This document shows positions 36,245 to 47,721 of a stretch of 64,000 bases of DNA, piece by piece. The stretch lies in contig OX597817.1 of assembly GCA_951406725.2 (NCBI GenBank), positions 106,268,001 through 106,332,000 on the forward strand, read 5' to 3'. A program made the translations under genes and the position numbers. Within the stretch, counting starts at the first letter, position 1; each line of letters starts with the position of its first letter. The notes below the pieces were generated by a model that saw nothing but the letters and a program-made list of their open reading frames with translations, did not search any database and was not told the DNA's origin. The DNA is from Octopus vulgaris (lineage: Eukaryota).

Positions 36245-38114
36245 CGGTGGCATTTGTTGGAGCTAAGATGGCTCTTTCACACATCCATTTATGACTGATG
36301 TGATTGGTAGAGGGTTGGGGTAAACTGTTGTGCATAGCTCCTCAGTTAAGGGAAAGCTTAAATGTTGAATGGACTGTTCTGCCACTGTCTAGCAGTGTTG
36401 ATGCTATTCCTGAAGATGCCATTGCAATGGCAATCTGTCCACTTTGGTGAACTTTGGTAAGAAGGAGGTTGAGGAGAAATATCTTTCGTGTGCTACCTGG
36501 CACATCAAGAAAGAGGATGCCACCAGTGGTGTCTTCAAGCATTGTCAAAATAGAATTATAGACAACAGCTTGTTCAGGATTCAAAAGTTTTTCTCTTTCT
36601 TCAACATAGGATAGAAGCTGGCAGCATCGTGGCAGGTCTCCCTTAGTAAGTGCTGGTTACAAAGCGCCTCATTTTCTTTGTAAGGGGATTTGACACAGTA
36701 GTTGTTCAAGGGATGACCACCCATTTCCAAAATGGTATCTTATAGGAGTATGAGGCCACAGTTGTACATTACAAGTGTAAACTGTAACCCCATGTCTGTC
36801 GCTGCGTAGTGAGATTGCATAAGGATGTCCAAGCACATGCTGTCATGATATTTCTCCCAGAAAGATTGTGGATTTGCAAGATGCAGTACACCAGCATAAC
36901 AGCAAAAAGTTTACAAAAGGCAGTGATGGACTGCAATACTGATGTTTTTGGAGGGTATGGTCATAGTGGTCATCATTATCAAGAAGACCTAATTTGGAGC
37001 AGGCCTCTTTGAAGGTTGAACAAATATGACCATTAATGGTACAAGGGTCTTGAAAGGAAGTTGGACCTTTGACAATGTGCAACAGAAGACGCAGGTGAAA
37101 GTATTCTGAGTTAAGCGGGTGAACTGTGTACACTCTTGAGAGGGTATCAGATTCACACATCAAAGCATCTCTTTCTGAAATACATCGTCACTTTCTTTTT
37201 TGCCAACAGCAAGAAGATTTATTCCACATGTAGAATGTAGACAATTCTGCATAAAGAAGTCTTCTGGCAAAAGAGTATGAAGTTCAAAGTTCAAAGAATC
37301 CAGCCAGGGTCGTTCTTCGAGGTTGGTTTGCACAGTCAAGTATATTTTCTTGATTAAAATACATCCGTTGCCCGTTCTCCAAATGAACACTGAGGTGAAT
37401 AACTGCAGGTTCACGTTCATGTATTGGAAAACCGAATATGCGCCAAAATGCCTCATTAGTAGAGATATAGCGTCCAGTTTGGGAAAATGTGACTTCATCT
37501 ATGGCAGCATCAGGGTAGTCGGCCTTAGCCAACTCAATACCTGCTTGATCAGCTCCTTTATGTACACACTTGCAGATGTATTGAATTGATTTCACAGAGT
37601 TGCAGAATTCAACGTTAATGTGGACCGAAAATATTTTACAAAGCACATCATGAATTTGTTTACGTGGGTAATGCTTTGCACACCACCCATTGTCCATATA
37701 TGCAGACCTTGGATTTTGATGACCACTCGGGTCATGGATCATGCTGGATTTTATGATTTCAAAAAGGACTGGGTCTTCTTAGGGATTTGGCAATTCAGCA
37801 CTGATAACGGAGTTGATATTTGTTGACATGAGGAGTTTGTTTCGAAGCCAGAAGAGGATATGAGCATGAGGGAGTCCTATCTTCTGCCATTCTACAGTGT
37901 ACATGAAGCATCTTAATGGTCCAAAAATATATCTGTGTTTTATAACGTCCAACATTTTCATTAGCTTCAGATGAAACACTCTAGATGTGATATCATGCCT
38001 ATCTGGAGGATTTGGAAGTAAGTGAGATTGGATGTCATGCCATTTTGGATTACAAGGGAAGGTGATGAAAAATCTGGACAGCTATAATGGCAGACATAAG
38101 TGAGAGCATATATA
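36245..38114 (-). mobile_element. Helitron Rep-helicase pseudogene with internal deletions
   Basis: Rep motifs FFITFPCNPKW, YTVEWQKIGLPHAHIL (HUH), INVEFCNSVKSIQYICKCVHKG, GRYISTNEAFWRIFGFPIH. PIF1-like helicase motifs FLDVPGSTRKIFL, ASSGIASTLLDSGRTVHSTFKL, WMCERAILAPTN. Confidence 0.95.
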
Positions 38115-38681
38115 CACTTGCGTCGGAAATTAATTAGCACTTCTCAAATTTCTACATTTTCTTACATTTTCTTAATTTAATTAACTTATTATCAGAAACG
38201 AACTCGTTTTTAATCAAAAATTTATTAAAACATATCCCAGCACACCACATAATTGTTATTAATCGTGAAATTTAGTCAATATCTTGTTGCTCCTCCTTTG
38301 GCAGCAATGACAGCTGCTACGCGGGTCGGCATGCTGTCTATGAGTGCCTGCAGGTACTGTGCAGGGATGGCCCCTCATGCAGCAAGAAGTGCCCTAAATA
38401 GCTCGTGTCAGTTCCTGTATTGCTGCACATTCAAATCCCTACCCAATCGACTCCAGAGGTTCTCAATAGGGTTCAGGTTAGGTGACTGGCCAGCACGTAC
38501 TCTTCGCCACCAAAGAGGTATCCCGTACTATCTCAACGTACTTTGCTGCATTGATGTTGCCTTCGACGGCATAGAGCCGCCCAACACCACTGTAGCTGAA
38601 CGCCCCTCACACCATCAGACCACCCCCACCATGCTTCATGGTGAGCAAATCAAGGGTGCTAATTAATTTCTGACGGTAGTG
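38115..38681 (-). mobile_element. Internally deleted Tc1 element with both TIRs
   Basis: TA|cacttgcgtcggaaattaattagcac ... gtgctaattaatttctgacggtagtg|TA; minus-strand [12 protein letters not shown] and KHGGGGLMV*G remnants. Confidence 0.9.
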
Positions 38682-38687
38682 TATATA

Positions 38688-38911
38688 TATTCTTTTATTC
38701 TGTTATTTATTTTAGTCCTTTGACTGCGGCCATGCTGGAACACTGCCTTTAGTCAAACAAATCGAGCCCAGGACTAATTCTTTGTAAGCCCAGTACTTAT
38801 TTTATCAGTCACATTTGCTGAACCGCTAAGTTACGGGGACGTAAACACACCAGCATTGGTTGCCAAGCGACAGTGGGGGACAAACACAGACACACACACA
38901 GAGATACATAG

Positions 38912-38967
<56 letters not shown>

Positions 38968-39590
38968 GTATGTATATATATAGAACAGGCTTCTTTCAGT
39001 TTCTATCTACCAAATCCACTCACAAGGCTTTGGTCGGCCCAAGGCTATAGCAGAAGACGCCTGTCCAAGGTGCCACGCTGTGGGACTGAACCCGGAACCA
39101 TGTGTTTGAGAAGCCAGCTACTTATCACACAGCCACTCCTATGCCTATACATGTATATATATCTTTTATTTTTTATTTGTTTTAATCATTAGACTCTGGC
39201 CATGCTGGGGTCTCACCTTCAAGAATTTCAGTTGAACATATCAACCCCAGTACTTATTATTTTGTTTGTAAAGCTTGTTCTACCAGTCTATTTTCCCAAA
39301 CCAGTAAGTTATGGGGACATAAACACATCAACACCAGTTGTCAAGCAAATATGGGAGGGGGAGGACAAACACATACATAAAGATACCTCCCACACACACA
39401 CGCACACACCTCCACACACATATGTATATAGGTGCAGACTTGGCTGTGTGGTAAGAAGCTTACTTCTCAACCACATGGTTCCAGATTCATTCCCACTGTG
39501 TGGCACCTTGGATAAGTGTCTTCTGCTATACCCTCAGGCTGACCAAAGCCTTGTGAGTGGATTTGGTAGATGGAAACTGAAAGAAGCCCA

Positions 39591-39600
<10 letters not shown>
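38688..39600. mobile_element. Cluster of major SINEs: minus copies 38688-39150 and 39165-39400, plus-strand head 39428-39600
   Basis: Head and tail motifs in both orientations. Confidence 0.85.
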
Positions 39601-39680
<80 letters not shown>

Positions 39681-39691
39681 ATATATATTTA

Positions 39692-40231
39692 TATATTATA
39701 TACATATAAAATACAGTGTACATTTAAACACATTAAGAGGTTTCCATCATAGGAATCCTTTACAATAGAAAGAACAGCTAAAGACAAAACCACTAATTAG
39801 GGATAAATTCTCGAAGGGAACGAAAAATAAAAACATTTACCATCTCTTTCCTGGACCATGGTTTCTGACTTATTTTAGTAAATAAAATAATTTACCAGGT
39901 GAAGTCTTCATCAACAGGGACGCCATAGATTAAATATATAAACAACAAGGCCAATCTAGCATATTATTTTATTTACTAAAATAAGTTAGAAACCATGGTC
40001 CAGGATATATATACATGTATAGGCATGGGAGTGGCTATAGGTGCAGGAGTGGCTGTGTGGTAAGTAGCTGGCTTCTCAAGCACAGAAATATTTTTATTTT
40101 TCATTTCCTACGAGAATTTATCCCTAATTACTGGTTTGGACTTTAGCTGTTCTTTCTAGCATAAAGGGTTCCTATGATGGAAACCTTTTAATGTGTTTAA
40201 ATGTACACTGTATTTTATATGAATAATATAT
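39692..40231. mobile_element. Foldback MITE with SINE-head insertion (~40005-40085)
   Basis: Arms atataaaatacagtgtacatttaaacac... and ...gtgtttaaatgtacactgtattttatat; inner arms 39849-39891 and 39962-40004. Confidence 0.85.
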
Positions 40232-40326
40232 AGTCTATTGACTAATTTTTCTATACGCTAGGCCACTGGCAGTAAAAATTTCTAAAATCTTTATTATCCT
40301 GATAATATGACTGAAACAAGTAAAAG

Positions 40327-40327
<1 letters not shown>

Positions 40328-40392
<65 letters not shown>

Positions 40393-40410
40393 AACACACA
40401 CACACACACA
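40328..40410. repeat. (CA)n microsatellite
   Basis: Directly visible. Confidence 0.97.
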
Positions 40411-42999
40411 AGGTTCCAATCCCTTCAAAGGTCTTTTTTTCTTTTCTGTCTCAAAATGGATGTTTTCTTGTATCTGCGCAATTCTTTCTAAAAATAGTTT
40501 TGAATATCATTTTAGCTACAACGTCAAACTTCACAGGGAATGGGAAGATTTTACAAACGATTATATTTAGCCACCATTTCCATTTGATTGCTGAAATGTA
40601 AATTAAAAATGGATAATGAAAAATAAATTGATTTAAGGAAAATAGCTCAAATGGGTCAACGATTGTGCTGAATACCGAATGTAAAAAAAAAAACATTTAA
40701 AAAAAGCCTGATTTAATTGCAATTTCACTTCTAGTTTGAAAAAGAAAATCCTAGCGGCAATTGTTGGCGTTTCTTAAAGAGGAGAGATAATTTTTTTTAA
40801 ATAATAATAATTTCTTGAGGTGATTTATACGTTTACAGAAAGAACTATTCAATGTAAATTACATTTACAAATAAAAAGTCTGTATCTCTCGAGGTTAGTT
40901 CTACTTGCTAGAAAAAGCATCCAAATCTCTTCCAATCCCACACTATTGTCTATTAAAAGGAATGACAGATTCGATAATGCAGTCTGAAATAAATAATATG
41001 TAAAAGGACGAGGAGGTCGCATCTAGAATGCCTTTTATCATAGATCTGTTGAGTCAGGGTTGACCTGAGATTATAGACAACTACACGTCCCTCTTATATT
41101 TCTACCCAATAGGCAGCAATTATTCTTGGTTTTAGTTTTGGTAAAAGGATGGTATGTGATCGTCGAACCAAGCTTGCACAATGCGGTTCGGTACTGTTAT
41201 CAGGGAACTAAAAGTTCGACATGATTTCGAGATGACCGGTAATAAAGTCGCAGGAAAAAAAGTCACAATTAATTTCTGGGATTCGGACAAAACCCCACAA
41301 AACCCCCTCGGAGACCCCTCCTCCCGAACAAAACCCCTGTGACTTTTTACATGGATTCGATTTCGATTACTGATTAGAGTCACTTCACTATACCTGTGAA
41401 AAATACGTGAAAGTTACACTTTGTATTTCTCATCTTTTCATAATCCTCATGCTTAAATGAATAAAGCTTTCGATTTTATTCCTTCCGTTGTTTATTTTAT
41501 TTAACTTATATCGATTTTCTGAAATTCAAAGGCTGACCACCGGATTATTTAAACATAACATGGTAAGACCTAATGTCTTGTTAAACATCTCGGTTACAAC
41601 ATTTGCAGTAATCTACATATTCTTCTATTTGTAAGTCAATTAAAATAAAATAAATTGCATCGCTGCTCCTCATATTTCATACCTGCCCTATTTCTAGTTC
41701 GACAAATTCCATAATTAAGCGATGAAGAAATATCCACCTACTCGACGAAATTTTCTATTATACAAACATTTATTTATATTTTTATTGACCACCTAAAGTA
41801 ACATAATTTTTTTTAAAGTAGTTTTTTTTTTACTTCTGCTCATGATAAATAAGGGGACGTGGGGAATGTCATTGTTTTTTGGGGTTTTTTGTGAGGGGGT
41901 ATTACAAAGAAGGTAGCAACGATCTGCTTCATTTCACAGTATCCGTAAGTCCTCATAAAGTTTGAAAAAAACATTTAAAAAATATATTGCTATATCATGC
42001 TATAAACTAGTCACTTAGTTTGATCGCTTTGAAATTTAATAAACCGATCGAAAAATAATACTGTAAAAATTCACGATTCAAAGGTTGTCTTAAGACAACA
42101 CACGAAAAATTCATTTCCCATGTTTTGACATTAATGGAATGCACTTTGGTGCATTCCTGAGAATGTTTTCAACAGTTAAAACAAGATTCTTCCCATATGT
42201 TTTTATCAAGTATCAAATTATCATTACAAAACTGAAAATTGTAGAAATTTGGTATTTCCTGACATTTAGACCTACGTCACAATAAATATCCCGAACTTTG
42301 ATGCCGTTGCTTCAATTCCTAACGAGTATAATAGTAAATTAATAATATTTAGTTAATATAATAGTGGATTCTAAGAACAGAGTCGAGTATCAACAATCCT
42401 AAATTTTATTCCCCAAAAATGTATACGCGAATGGTATTTTGGATGGTATTTTAAATGATATTTCAGTGATGTCATTTCATAGGAAGTTTGCTTCCTAACA
42501 GCGAAAATCACAGGAAAATGTTCTGACAATATATATATTGTTGTATACAGCCCAGGTCATTGAACTAAAAGGGCACAATGATCGAATAGAAAATGTCCGT
42601 ATAGTTATCGGAAATATTTGTAATATCACCATTGCATTTGGCTGTCGGAACTTAAATTATTTTAAAATAGAACATACAATCCCTTCAAATAATATTTCAA
42701 GTCCGTTCCATTGGACTTAAATTATTATTTTAAAAAACAATATACATTACTGCTTTCTAGATTGCGAAGTGGACTATTAATGTCCCTTAAGAACAAAATG
42801 TAACAATAAAATATTTTTCTTTTCAGTAATATTTAAGTTTTCTCTTTATTCAAAAGAAAATTACAACGCCTGAGTATAGCTTCTAGCATCTCTCTATGTT
42901 TTAATTTATTGTTCTTAATCTACATTACCAAGAGATGTATGTATTATCTCGGTTTGTAATAAAAGGAGATCTTTGTCAGCTCTTCAGGACTGATGCAGT

Positions 43000-43800
43000 T
43001 GATGTTCAAGCTGAATCTCTATAATGGTCAGTAGGGAAGATAAGGACTGCTACAGAGCTACAGAGAATTATAAATGCATTTTCTTGATATATGCAATTTA
43101 TTGTAATGATGTGCCTGTTGTTGGAAGTTGTCAATCTCCGTTCAGAGAAACCTTGGAAAATTAGCGTAAGGTGTTTGCAAATCAGTGAGGTTAACAGGAA
43201 TGGTGCATGATGTCATCTACGCATGATTATGTTAAGATGAAATATTGAGGAGGAGGATGTAGAGAGGTATGAGTGTGAGAGGCATAGCAGAAACTCAAAT
43301 TAGTAGAATGTATCACATCGATACAATTAGTAATAGGTAATTTCCAATCCAACTGATGTAAGACAAACTGTTTAGTCCCAGACATGTCACGTGGGGGATA
43401 CTCCCTAGATCCTACGAGCCCTGATAGAACACATCTATGTTCAAAGGCATTTTCCCAATTCATGACCACACTGTCGACACTTCTATTGAGCAATGTACAC
43501 CTAGGACTATATTGTCCGACGTATCCTCCTTTTCCAAGATATCAGTGTGTAGGTTGAAGTGGAATTTAGCTGCTAATTGTTGAAAATCCAGCGACCACGT
43601 AGAAACTTACTCCGGGATTGCGGGAAGCAACTTTGCCGCTAAGTTTTCACTCTCGACATGGTGGTAGGCTTTGCTCACGTCACAGATAGCAATATACTTC
43701 TGATCAATCTGGACAAGAGACCCAAGATGAGAGGGGAGTAAATAATTATGACTGCTTCCATCAACCTGGAAACTTTAAAAGATGAGAGCGATAATGGTTA
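43000..43800 (-). mobile_element. Highly decayed LINE RT remnant
   Basis: Minus-strand sequence near 43680-43800 resembles the PI.L.S..SK.ME.VI....HL....I.D.QY block of non-LTR RTs; weak. Confidence 0.35.
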
Positions 43801-44250
43801 TTTTATCGAATTTTGAGCTTGCACCGGGGGGAATTTGCACTCAAAACATAATTGAACGTAACAAGGAATTTAGAGGAACACTCTGCTATTTCTGTAATCC
43901 ACCAAACTTTAATGAAATCAATACTGATTTGCATAATCAGGAAAATTAATCGAAAAAGCTATTAAAGTGGCGGACAAAATACCCCGCGGTAACTCCGATT
44001 TTTATCAACCCTGAAAAGAAAAGCATAGATAACGCCGGCAAAACTAGAAGTCACAGCATAAATTATTAATCACAATGAGATCTGTAAAAGGGGCGTGCCG
44101 AACTAAATGTTTTATTAGCAGCAGTTCTCAGACTGACGAATACGAAAGTCCTTCCTCACCACCATCACAAAAATATTAGTAAAATATTTCTGCCTTTTCC
44201 CTTTTATTAATGAGAAGACAATATGCAGTTTGCATCCATATAATTCTTCA

Positions 44251-45008
44251 GGTAAATTTTGATACTTTCACCTGCACGATTTTCACCAAGAAAAAAAAAA
44301 CTCGGATTTTTTGCGTAGAATCAAATACCCTGACTTCTTAATATGCTGTAAACCCCTTATTTTTGTTCGGGTGGGGAAGCCCCCTCCCCATCTCGTAATC
44401 ATTGGAAATATTTTTCTTTCGCTTTTTCGTTGAATGAATTCCGGTAACCTAATATACTACAAAACCCCCTTTTTTTAGTTCGGAAAATGGGGTGGGGTGT
44501 GGTGGAAGCCTCGGAAATTTCAGCCCCCTCCCCCATTTTCAAATATTTTTGCTGTTTCTTTCTTTAACCATATTTTTAGATAACATTTTGCAAAAATACG
44601 TTTTCGAGAGAATGTAGATTACATTAGATTGAAAATTCAAAGAAGTTTGAAATGAATAAATGAACATGCAGAGGTTATAAAAGTTAGTGCTGACAAAGTC
44701 TGTGGAGAGATAAAAAATGATCAAGAATTCATCCAAAAACACGTTAGTTTGTGTATGTGTGTGTGAAACAAGTAAAAATATAATATTAAAACAAAAATAT
44801 ATTAAAAAAAAAAAAGAGGGTTTTGTAGCATATTAGGAGGTCACCGGAATTCATTCAAAGAAAAAAGAAGAAAAAAATTTCCAATGATTCTGGGAGGGGG
44901 TCCGGTCCCCCACCGTTTTCTGAACAAAAATAAGGGGTTTGCAGCATATTAGTTTTTTTTTTTTTATTCTTAGTGAAAATCGTGCGAGTGAAAGTATCAA
45001 ATAATACC
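44251..45008. mobile_element. Merlin-like foldback MITE (GGTAA...TACC termini, ~230-bp inverted arms)
   Basis: ggtaaattttgatactttcac..gcacgattttcac / gtgaaaatcgtgcgagtgaaagtatcaaataatacc; internal arms tgaatgaattccggt / accggaattcattca; degenerate TSD attcttca / attctagt. Confidence 0.75.
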
Positions 45009-45238
45009 ATTCTAGTATCATCATGGTGTTGGACTAGTTAAAAACGTTGGAAACGGTCTTTAATTTTATTAAACGATGAAATTTGTCCGCCTTTTTTCAA
45101 TTCTTATAGCCCCATCCTGCCACGAGAGACACTGGCTTGTAAGAATCCTTTCTACAATAGGCACAAGGCCTGATATTGTGAGGGAGGGGATTATCGATTG
45201 CTTCGACCCCCAGAGCGTAACTGATACTTAATTTATTA

Positions 45239-45850
45239 ATGTTCACACTTGATAGTTTTGAAGAATTTGAATTATTCATTGGACGAATGACCACCGATGA
45301 AGATGGTGAAGACTGGTATGAGACTTTATTCATCAACAAGAAACCAGTGAAAGTCAAACTGGATACAGATGCACAGTGCAATATCATTTCCAGCTTAATA
45401 TTCGACAGTTTGAATTTGAAGAATATAGAACTGTCAAGATCAGAAGTGAAACTTGTGTCATACTTCGGAGAAAAGTGATTCCCGCTTGGACAGATAGAAC
45501 TATCAGTAACAAGTGAAATCAGTGGCACTTCGAATGAAGTACTATTTCAGGTTGTGGAGGAAAACCGCCTAAGTATATTGGAAAGGAAAACCTGTGAGAA
45601 ATTGAAGTTGGTACAGCGAGTTCACAACAGTCAGAAAGTGAATAGACATACTGGGAGAATATCCAGAGCTGTTCCAAGGACTCAGATGCATGCCGGAAGA
45701 ATACCACACAGAATTAGTGGACAAAATCACACCCGTGGTACACCCGCCGAGAAAAGTGCCTGCTGCTTTGATGGACAAGGTGCAAGCAGAACTTAATAGA
45801 ATGACCAAGCTTAGAGTTGTCGTCAAAGAGACTCAACCTTCAAGCTGGGT
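45239..45850 (+). mobile_element. Gypsy LTR retrotransposon pol fragment (aspartic protease to start of RT)
   Basis: VKVKLDTDAQCNII (DTG protease site mutated), LSILERKTCEKLKLV, TPVVHPPRKVPAALMDKVQAELNRM...QPSSWV; stop codon and frameshifts present. Confidence 0.92.
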
Positions 45851-46055
45851 GAAACCAAACAAGATTAGGATCTTACAGTTCTATATTTGAGAGATGAGGA
45901 ATTATGTACATTATTTACATTTGACGGTTATTTGTCCTCATCTTGTTTGTTGTTAACACAACATTTCGGCTGATATACTCGCCAGCCTTCTTCAGGTGTC
46001 CTGGGGAAATTTCGAACCTGGGTACTCATTCCTAAGGTATTTTTCGATGTTATTG
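45851..46055 (-). mobile_element. Penelope-like terminal-repeat fragment
   Basis: Contains the ctgaagaaggctg..cagccgaaa signature on the minus strand. Confidence 0.6.
45955..46000 (-). ncRNA. Minimal type I hammerhead ribozyme-like motif
   Basis: GACAC-CUGAAGA-A-GGCUG(GCGAGUAUAU)CAGCC-GAAA-UGUU-GUGUU: stem I GACAC/GUGUU, perfect 5-bp stem II and the core CUGANGA/GAAA. Confidence 0.6.
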
Positions 46056-46169
46056 TACAACTTGGCTTAGATTAGCAATACTTATCTCTCTTGGAACTAT
46101 ATCTAGAGGATGATTTCAACTGAGCACGACAAACTAACGAAATACATGATAATTTTACAATGACAAAAG

Positions 46170-46350
46170 ACGCAAGCTGGCAGAATCGTTTGCATATCAG
46201 ACAAAATGCTTAGCGGCATTTTTTCCGACTCATTTCGTTCTAAGTTTAAATTTAGCCAACGTCGACTTTGCCTTTCATGCTTCAGAGTCAATAAAATAAA
46301 TACCAATCAAATGCTCTCCTCAAAACATTGGCCTAATGCCAGAATTAGAT
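46170..46350 (+). mobile_element. Second tRNA-derived SINE family
   Basis: gctggcagaatcgtt..aaaatgcttagcggcattt..gtcgactttgcctttcat; other copies at about 24055-24162(-), 34730-34830(+), 50125-50275(-), 62160-62365(-) and 63190-63385(+). Confidence 0.8.
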
Positions 46351-47311
46351 ATCAATTTTATGGTGAGAAGTTGATCTTACATTGAAGTAGAACGAGCGAT
46401 TTAGAGAGTTAAATGTGTCACTGACAAGATACGACTTCTCAGCCGGTTGTTCAGTAATCCACTCGGTTACCTATGCTTTTAAAACTAGTGAAACAAAACA
46501 CAAAAAGTTTATAGAGCATATATAACGTAATAATAAATGTAATAATAATACGATATTTGGATCCCGATATTTTAATGTAAGTAAACTGAATAATAATTTT
46601 AAGTCGACCTTAATTACATAAAGCTATGAAAATAGTTTGAAAAAGAAAAACAACAAAAAAAACGTAAACGATAAATCTACAATTTGTTGTGAAGTAGTTA
46701 GATACAATATAGTTAATATAATTAATTCCTTTACTCTCACTATTAAAATATTTATGTTTAAACACATTTTCTAAAACTGTTGAATAAAACTTATTTATCT
46801 CTTTACCAAAAACAGACTCACTGTCTTGCCAGTCTTTCTTAATATTTATTCAATAAACAATAGGCCAGGAATTGGTGAAAATGTATCCTAATAAAGACCT
46901 TGAAATGAGCATTTATTTACATATGTTTCTTTAGAAGTAAAAATGTAGGTGATGAAATTTTTCGTGAAATTCTATAAACAAATAATGTGTTTGAGTTTAA
47001 TTTTATGCAAGCATAACATTTGCTGCAGTATATACAACGATAACAATGACTCAGACATTTGCCATTATCTCAGCTATTTTGAAATTAAATCTAACAAAAA
47101 GGAAAAGGAAAATACCAATAACAACAAAAATGTATATGAAATGTTAATCATTCATGAACATCCTCTACTTCTGCTTTCGGACATTCTGTAAAGTGGAAAT
47201 GTTTATTTTTATATTTTGTTGAATAGATAAAATCTTGGCAGTGAAAACCACCACCGTCTTCTTCCAGTTAATTCATCCCCCCTCTCTCTCTCTCTCTCTC
47301 TCTCTCACTGA

Positions 47312-47335
47312 ATTTCCCTTCATTTTCAGGTAAGC
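47312..47335 (+). other. Candidate recursive splice site (AG|GT ratchet point)
   Basis: (CT)n tract followed by atttcccttcattttCAG|GTAAGC, a consensus acceptor directly abutting a consensus donor at 47329/47330. Confidence 0.4.
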
Positions 47336-47530
47336 TGGCATGATCACCGAAGTTTCGTGATATAAAAGAATAAAAGAGCTGGTCCCTGGTAAATCTGCTT
47401 TTACGGAAGTCGTATTGCTGGCCACATATACATAAATACTTATTTAAGGGGAGAGAGAGATTCAAGGTCTTCGAAGAAGGTAGTTGTTAACGGCTGCGTC
47501 TACCAACTTTGAGATATTGAAAGTGTAAGC

Positions 47531-47721
47531 CAGTGGTTCTCAACCATTTTATGTCTATGGACCTCTTTGATTCCTATTATACTCTACTGAACCTCCATAG
47601 ATATTCTATGTATATTAAAAAGAAATCCTACTGTATTTTTATAATTAAAATAGTTTGTGTATTGTAGAAGTATACGCAATTTATTGCACATAAATTTTAT
47701 GGACCCGGTTGAGAACCACAG
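47531..47721. mobile_element. hAT-Charlie-like MITE with perfect 8-bp TSD
   Basis: gtgtaagc|cagtggttctcaacc ... ggttgagaaccacag|gtgtaagc. Confidence 0.9.

Noticed and set aside
41132-41383. 83-aa minus-strand ORF in CpG-rich sequence
   Set aside because: No recognisable domain; the aaaagtc.ca and acaaaacccc repeats look like DNA-transposon subterminal sequence.
44240-44256. AG|GT ratchet-like site ttcttcag|gtaaat
   Set aside because: It is created by the MITE insertion boundary and has a short pyrimidine tract.
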